64,000 bases of DNA from Oopsacas minuta (Eukaryota; Animalia; Porifera): the NCBI GenBank assembly GCA_024704765.1, contig JAKMXF010000342.1, positions 124,001 through 188,000 on the forward strand. The letters are read 5' to 3'. Shown here piece by piece: positions 62,401 to 64,000 of this stretch. The notes beneath the pieces are model-generated. The model was given only the letters and a program-made list of their open reading frames with translations. It did not search any database and was not told where the DNA came from. The number at the start of each line of letters is the position of its first letter. Position 1 is the first letter of the stretch. The position numbers and the translations under genes were made by a program.

Positions 62401-64000
62401 TTGAGCCCATCCACAAACTTGTGATCTACTCAGTATGTACCACCCTGAACAATGGTATTCAGCCATTGCTAATATTTATACACAAATAGTATTAATCTCG
62501 CCTATTATTGAGCCAATGCTGCAAAACTGTAAGATAAGGACTATATCAAATGTAAAGTCTACATTCTGCGTAATTGAAAACTTCAATATATAGATTTCCT
62601 ATTCGATACTGAGTGATAATGATGAAAATTGTCAACTTATGAAACATTGTGTCACTATACACCATTTACAGCAATTATACATATTGTTATAGGTTTCACT
62701 GAGTGACCACAGTGTCCCAAATGGCAATTTAGTGAAAATAGAGATGAAGAGTCAGACACTATACATTCTTTCATTCAAGAGATCATCAATGAAGAGTTGA
62801 GTAACATAACAACTACCAAGACACTGTTGAAGTAATTACCTTCCTTTCTTTGTATATATGTATCTCGGTCTGTACTCAAGAATATCGATTGTGAAGAATG
62901 CAATAAAGGGGGCCTCAATTTACCAACATCGTGACTAAATAACTACACACAGTTTGCTTTTTCTGTTCTTGAATATCTGGAACAAAGAATACGTACTAGA
63001 ATTTGAAATTCCCTCAGAAGTTGTAGCTTAGAGTATCTTCAATTGGTTATGGTCAGATTGGGACGATTGCTTTAATTCAATGTTGCCTCTCATATAGGGC
63101 CCCAAATTCGTTTCGCCTCCATGCACCAATGGATTTAAGATTTTGAATAGCTAATTCGTCGTTTTCCAGTGCATCTCTCTCGAAAACCTTCATTCACTCT
63201 AAATATCTGGGAAGTATTTATTCTTCAATCTAGTCTGAGAGACCCCCTACTCTCTAGCGACCCCAGAATCTTCCTATGCAAACTTTTGAGGGAATCGGAT
63301 TAATCAGAGATGAGAAATCCTAGGGCAACCAACCGCCAGCTTTGGATCATGGATCTTTCGTCGAATCTTGAAATTTAACTTGTTCTATTTTCATATACAT
63401 ATGTTGTATATTATAAGTCACTCCACTCATTAATCGTATCTACGTATATATACAATTCATTTTGTTTACACGAAGCAAATCATGTATTTGTGATTGTATT
63501 TTGAATGCTCTCTAAGATAAATTATTCAAATTTTAACATTCATCATGAAAACAGTACTTTTCCAATTCAATGTATGGAAATAACACAAGAATGTGGAAAA
63601 ATACAAATTCCTTTAATTATTATATTCCTAGCTATTCTTAGTTATCTAATACATTTACTCTGTCTATCTGGCCTGAAAGATACCTACTTCCTATTAATAC
63701 CCAAATTATACTCAGCATTATTGTTTCCTACTAAATATTTCAGGCATTTAACTGGAAATTTCTTACTACTACCTTGAGTAATTTAATTAAAAATTTGTAA
63801 ACAAATCCTTTATTTATTTCTAACCCGGCCTTAGTCGTTGACTTACAGTCCGATATGAAAACCCTAACTGGCCACTAGGAATATCTAGACTATCACCTGC
63901 AACTATAAGTAGCATAATCTTCATGATAATATCATTAACCAAACTTAGTTTTTGTTCAGCTTCCACGAATTGAGTAAATAACATTTTGTCACCTAAATCA

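Noticed and set aside
62700-62920. P-element/THAP9-like C-terminus (YVSRSVLKNIDCEEC)
   Set aside because: One short motif with no catalytic core or TIRs.
1-64000. CRISPR arrays, tRNA or rRNA genes, bacterial or viral insert
   Set aside because: No regularly spaced repeat-spacer array, cloverleaf, rRNA-like tract or gene-dense operon-like segment was seen.

Overview
AT-rich eukaryotic (probably animal) genomic DNA; the host species cannot be determined from the sequence. One host gene runs through the window on the + strand: a CFAP100/CCDC37-like axonemal coiled-coil gene. Three of its exons are recognisable (4865-5328, 24301-24541, 54327-54677). They splice in frame across introns of about 19.0 and 29.8 kb that are packed with DNA transposons. 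The transposons comprise four Chapaev3-like (CMC) elements (one with an intact 573-aa ORF, two apparently identical inverted copies), two Transib/RAG1-like elements with CACAGTG termini and 5-bp TSDs, and one Mutator (NOF-type) element with about 360-bp TIRs, a 9-bp TSD and an OTU deubiquitinase-like domain. There are also Tc1/mariner elements of the DD34D, DD34E, DD37D, DD37E, DD41D and pogo types, hAT remnants, MITEs and a fold-back palindrome. The most unusual signals are (i) the Mutator-OTU element and (ii) a conserved subterminal motif in the Chapaev3-like elements that sits 62-63 bp from one end and 72-73 bp from the other, a one-helical-turn asymmetry reminiscent of the RAG 12/23 rule. 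All family assignments come from motif recognition by eye; no database search was run.
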